Source: Podospora anserina
Lineage: Eukaryota
Length of the DNA: 64,000 nt
Assembly: GCA_017654855.1 (NCBI GenBank)
Contig: CM030332.1
Span: 5,270,001 to 5,334,000 of the forward strand
Direction: 5' to 3'
The translations under genes and the position numbers were made by a program. Positions 61,701 through 64,000 of the stretch are shown piece by piece. Under the pieces are notes generated by a model. It did no database searches. It was not told the DNA's origin and was given only the letters and a program-made list of their open reading frames with translations. Numbering within the stretch: the first letter of the stretch is position 1; each line of letters starts with the position of its first letter.

Positions 61701-63106
61701 ACCTTGAGGCTGCTACTCAGGCCAAGAAGAGGCTGCAGCACGAGCTGGAGGATTATCGCAATCAGCGGGCAAACGATATCGAGGACAAGGAGTCGAGCAT
61801 GGAGCAGCTTCGCAAGAAGTATCAGGCCGAGTTTGGGACTCTTACCAAGGAGCTTGATCTTGCGAGGGAGGAGAAGCTGTTCAAGCAGGCCGAGATTACG
61901 CGCTTGCGTGAGGAGCTTGACGAGCTGAGGTCCAAGTGGGATGACGAAGTCCTCAACAGCTCTACTTGGTCCAAGGAAAAGGCTCGGTTGGAGTCGACGC
62001 TCTCGGATGTTATGGCTTCGAGAGATGAGGCTGTTAATGCTCACAACGATGCCCAGGGCAAGATTGTGTCGCTTCTTCAGCAGGTGCGGAATCTTCGGAC
62101 GTCGGTGGATGATATCACTGCCGAGCGTGATAACCTTGCCCGCGAGAAGCAAAGCATCGAGGCTCGGTTGAAAGAGGCCAAGGCTGGTCTGGAGGACTTG
62201 GCCAACAGTGAGAGCCCTTCGCTGAGGAATGCTGCGAACATCGACAAGGAGATTCTGGAGCTCAAGTCTGGTTTGGCTCAACAGCAGGATATTGCTGCTG
62301 CCGCGGTGGAGAAGATGCGCCGCGCTGAGGCTTTGGTGTCTGAGGTTCAAAAGGACATAGTGGCTGAGCGCGAGGCTAGCGCCGAGTTGCACAAGCAGAA
62401 GAATGTGCTGGAGAAGTCGCTAAATGAGGTGCAGCTGAAGCTGATTGACTTGGAGACGAAGGGGTATTCGGCTGCCAGTCATGACATCAAGTTCTTGCAT
62501 AAGCGCATCCAGGAGGTTAGTTTGTTTATTTCTTCCACGTTGTCAAGTCCTGGATGCAACACAACACCCTCGAGGTCCCCTACCCCCAAGCTTTAACCTT
62601 TCAGCAGAACACTAACATTACCCCCAAATTAGCTCGAATCGGAACTCGAACAGCACCTGAACGAGCGGAGCAAATCCCAACGATCAGTCCGTAACGTGGA
62701 CAGGACCGTGAAGGACTTGCAGACACAGATCGACCGGAAGGACAGGCAGAATGTGCAGCTGCAGGAGGACATGACGAGGATGAGGGACAAGATGGACAAG
62801 TTGCTCAAGACGATTGAGGAGCTGCAGGCGTCGGAGAGCTCGAATGAACTGCAGGCGAGGAGGGCGGAGAGGGAGCTGAGGGAGGAGAGGGAGAGAATTA
62901 TGCAGTTGGAGAGGGAGCTCGATAGCTGGAAGGCGATGAAGGACCGGCCTTCGGGGGCTAGTGTAGCTACGGGGGCGAGCGTCTTTGGGGGGAGCGTGAG
63001 GGGGAAGGGGTGGAGGAGCGATGGGAATATTTTGGTGGAGGATGGGAGAGTCCCGCAGCGGAAGAGCAGCATTAGTAGGGTGCCTAGCTTGAAGGGGTTC
63101 TTGTAG
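55718..63106 (+). CDS. myo2: Myosin type II heavy chain (3 exons)
   Basis: Exons 55718-56182, 56237-62515, 62633-63106. SH3-like N-terminal domain, P-loop GESGAGKT, LEAFGNAQTVRNNNSSRFGK, DIAGFE, QLRCNGVLEGIRI, IQ motifs, long coiled-coil tail. Confidence 0.98.
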
Positions 63107-63524
63107 GGTGAGAGGGGGGTTTCCAGGGTTAGGATGGGGTTGGATGGCTGGTGAGAGAGCTTGGGGGGATATGATGATGGATTATGGATATGTTCTTTGA
63201 TGAGTTACTTTTTCTTGGGGTTTTTGGGAGCGAGAAGGGGAGAGGTAAAAACATGGATGGGTAATGGGGTGGTTGTTTGAAAATATTTGTGGATTGCTAT
63301 TGTTATTGTAGCTGGAGCTGTTGGTTGGAACATGCTTTGGTCATATTTATCATAGTGTGTATGGGAGTAGCATAATGTACAAGTGTGTTTATGCATAGCT
63401 AGATATTGGGGATGAAGTGGACGTTTTGTGAGTGAACTTGTTTTCAGAGTAAGGGGTGATATCAGCAGAATTGCGGTAATCACCGGCACCATAATGGCTG
63501 AATCGTCACAAAATCTACAACAAA

Positions 63525-63598
63525 TCCTCTGTGGCGCAATTGGCTAGCGCGTCTGACTGTTAATCAGGAGGTTGGAAGTTCGAGCCTTCCCGGAGGAG
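63525..63598 (+). tRNA. tRNA-Asn (GTT)
   Basis: Sequence identical to 39830-39903; T6 tract at 63609-63614. Confidence 0.97.
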
Positions 63599-64000
63599 AT
63601 GTTATTTATTTTTTATCATTAAATAAATGCTTTTACAGGTCTTGGCATTTTTTTGTGTTTGTTTTTGTTGCTAGACGAAGCTTTAGAAGCTTTGTTTTCT
63701 TCTCACCTGCCAAGCGACTCTCGCTTCCTAGCAACAAAAAGACTATGCCTTTTCCCAGCTAGTCGGATCACGGACTTGACATGAATCCTTTGCGGCGGGA
63801 TATTGCGGCGTGGACAAGCCCCCCTTTGAGGCACGGAGTTGGTTTGGGGAATAACTCTGGGGGTATCAAGCGAACCGAAATTTCATGGGCCACCAACACA
63901 CACAGCGCTATTGATGGGATGTCAAAAACAATGGGGTGCCACGGGCAGGGGGGACAAGCGGGTAGGTGCAGCGATGCGATTGACTGACAGCTTGGTAGTC

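Overview
Gene-dense euchromatic DNA from a filamentous ascomycete. Short GT-AG introns with CTAAC/CTGAC branch sites, protein style and the hom-RhoGAP-al-1 gene order point to Sordariales, probably Podospora-like (inference). I could reconstruct 17 protein-coding genes: an Arg/Glu-rich disordered protein, Med17, 6-phosphofructokinase, a mitochondrial membrane protein, an unknown membrane protein, Ipi3, a Ser-rich unknown protein, a Zn2Cys6 factor, a Whi3/Scw1-like RRM protein, an SDR, aspartate-semialdehyde dehydrogenase, Rgd1-like RhoGAP, phytoene desaturase al-1, peroxisomal acyl-CoA thioesterase, Osh1/2-type oxysterol-binding protein, a Red1/ZFC3H1-like protein and myosin II. There are also three tRNA-Asn(GTT) copies, one with a damaged anticodon stem. 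No transposon, rRNA or CRISPR was seen. The most notable unexplained signals are: (1) a densely base-paired 206-nt intron in the thioesterase gene whose predicted fold reaches into its own 5' splice site; (2) the variant tRNA-Asn, which can refold in a shifted register; (3) repeated abrupt C-rich to G-rich switches regardless of gene strand; (4) GCAT clusters on the Whi3-like gene's own transcript; (5) an in-frame hydrophobic N-terminal extension of PFK. All product calls are from motif recognition; no database searches were run.
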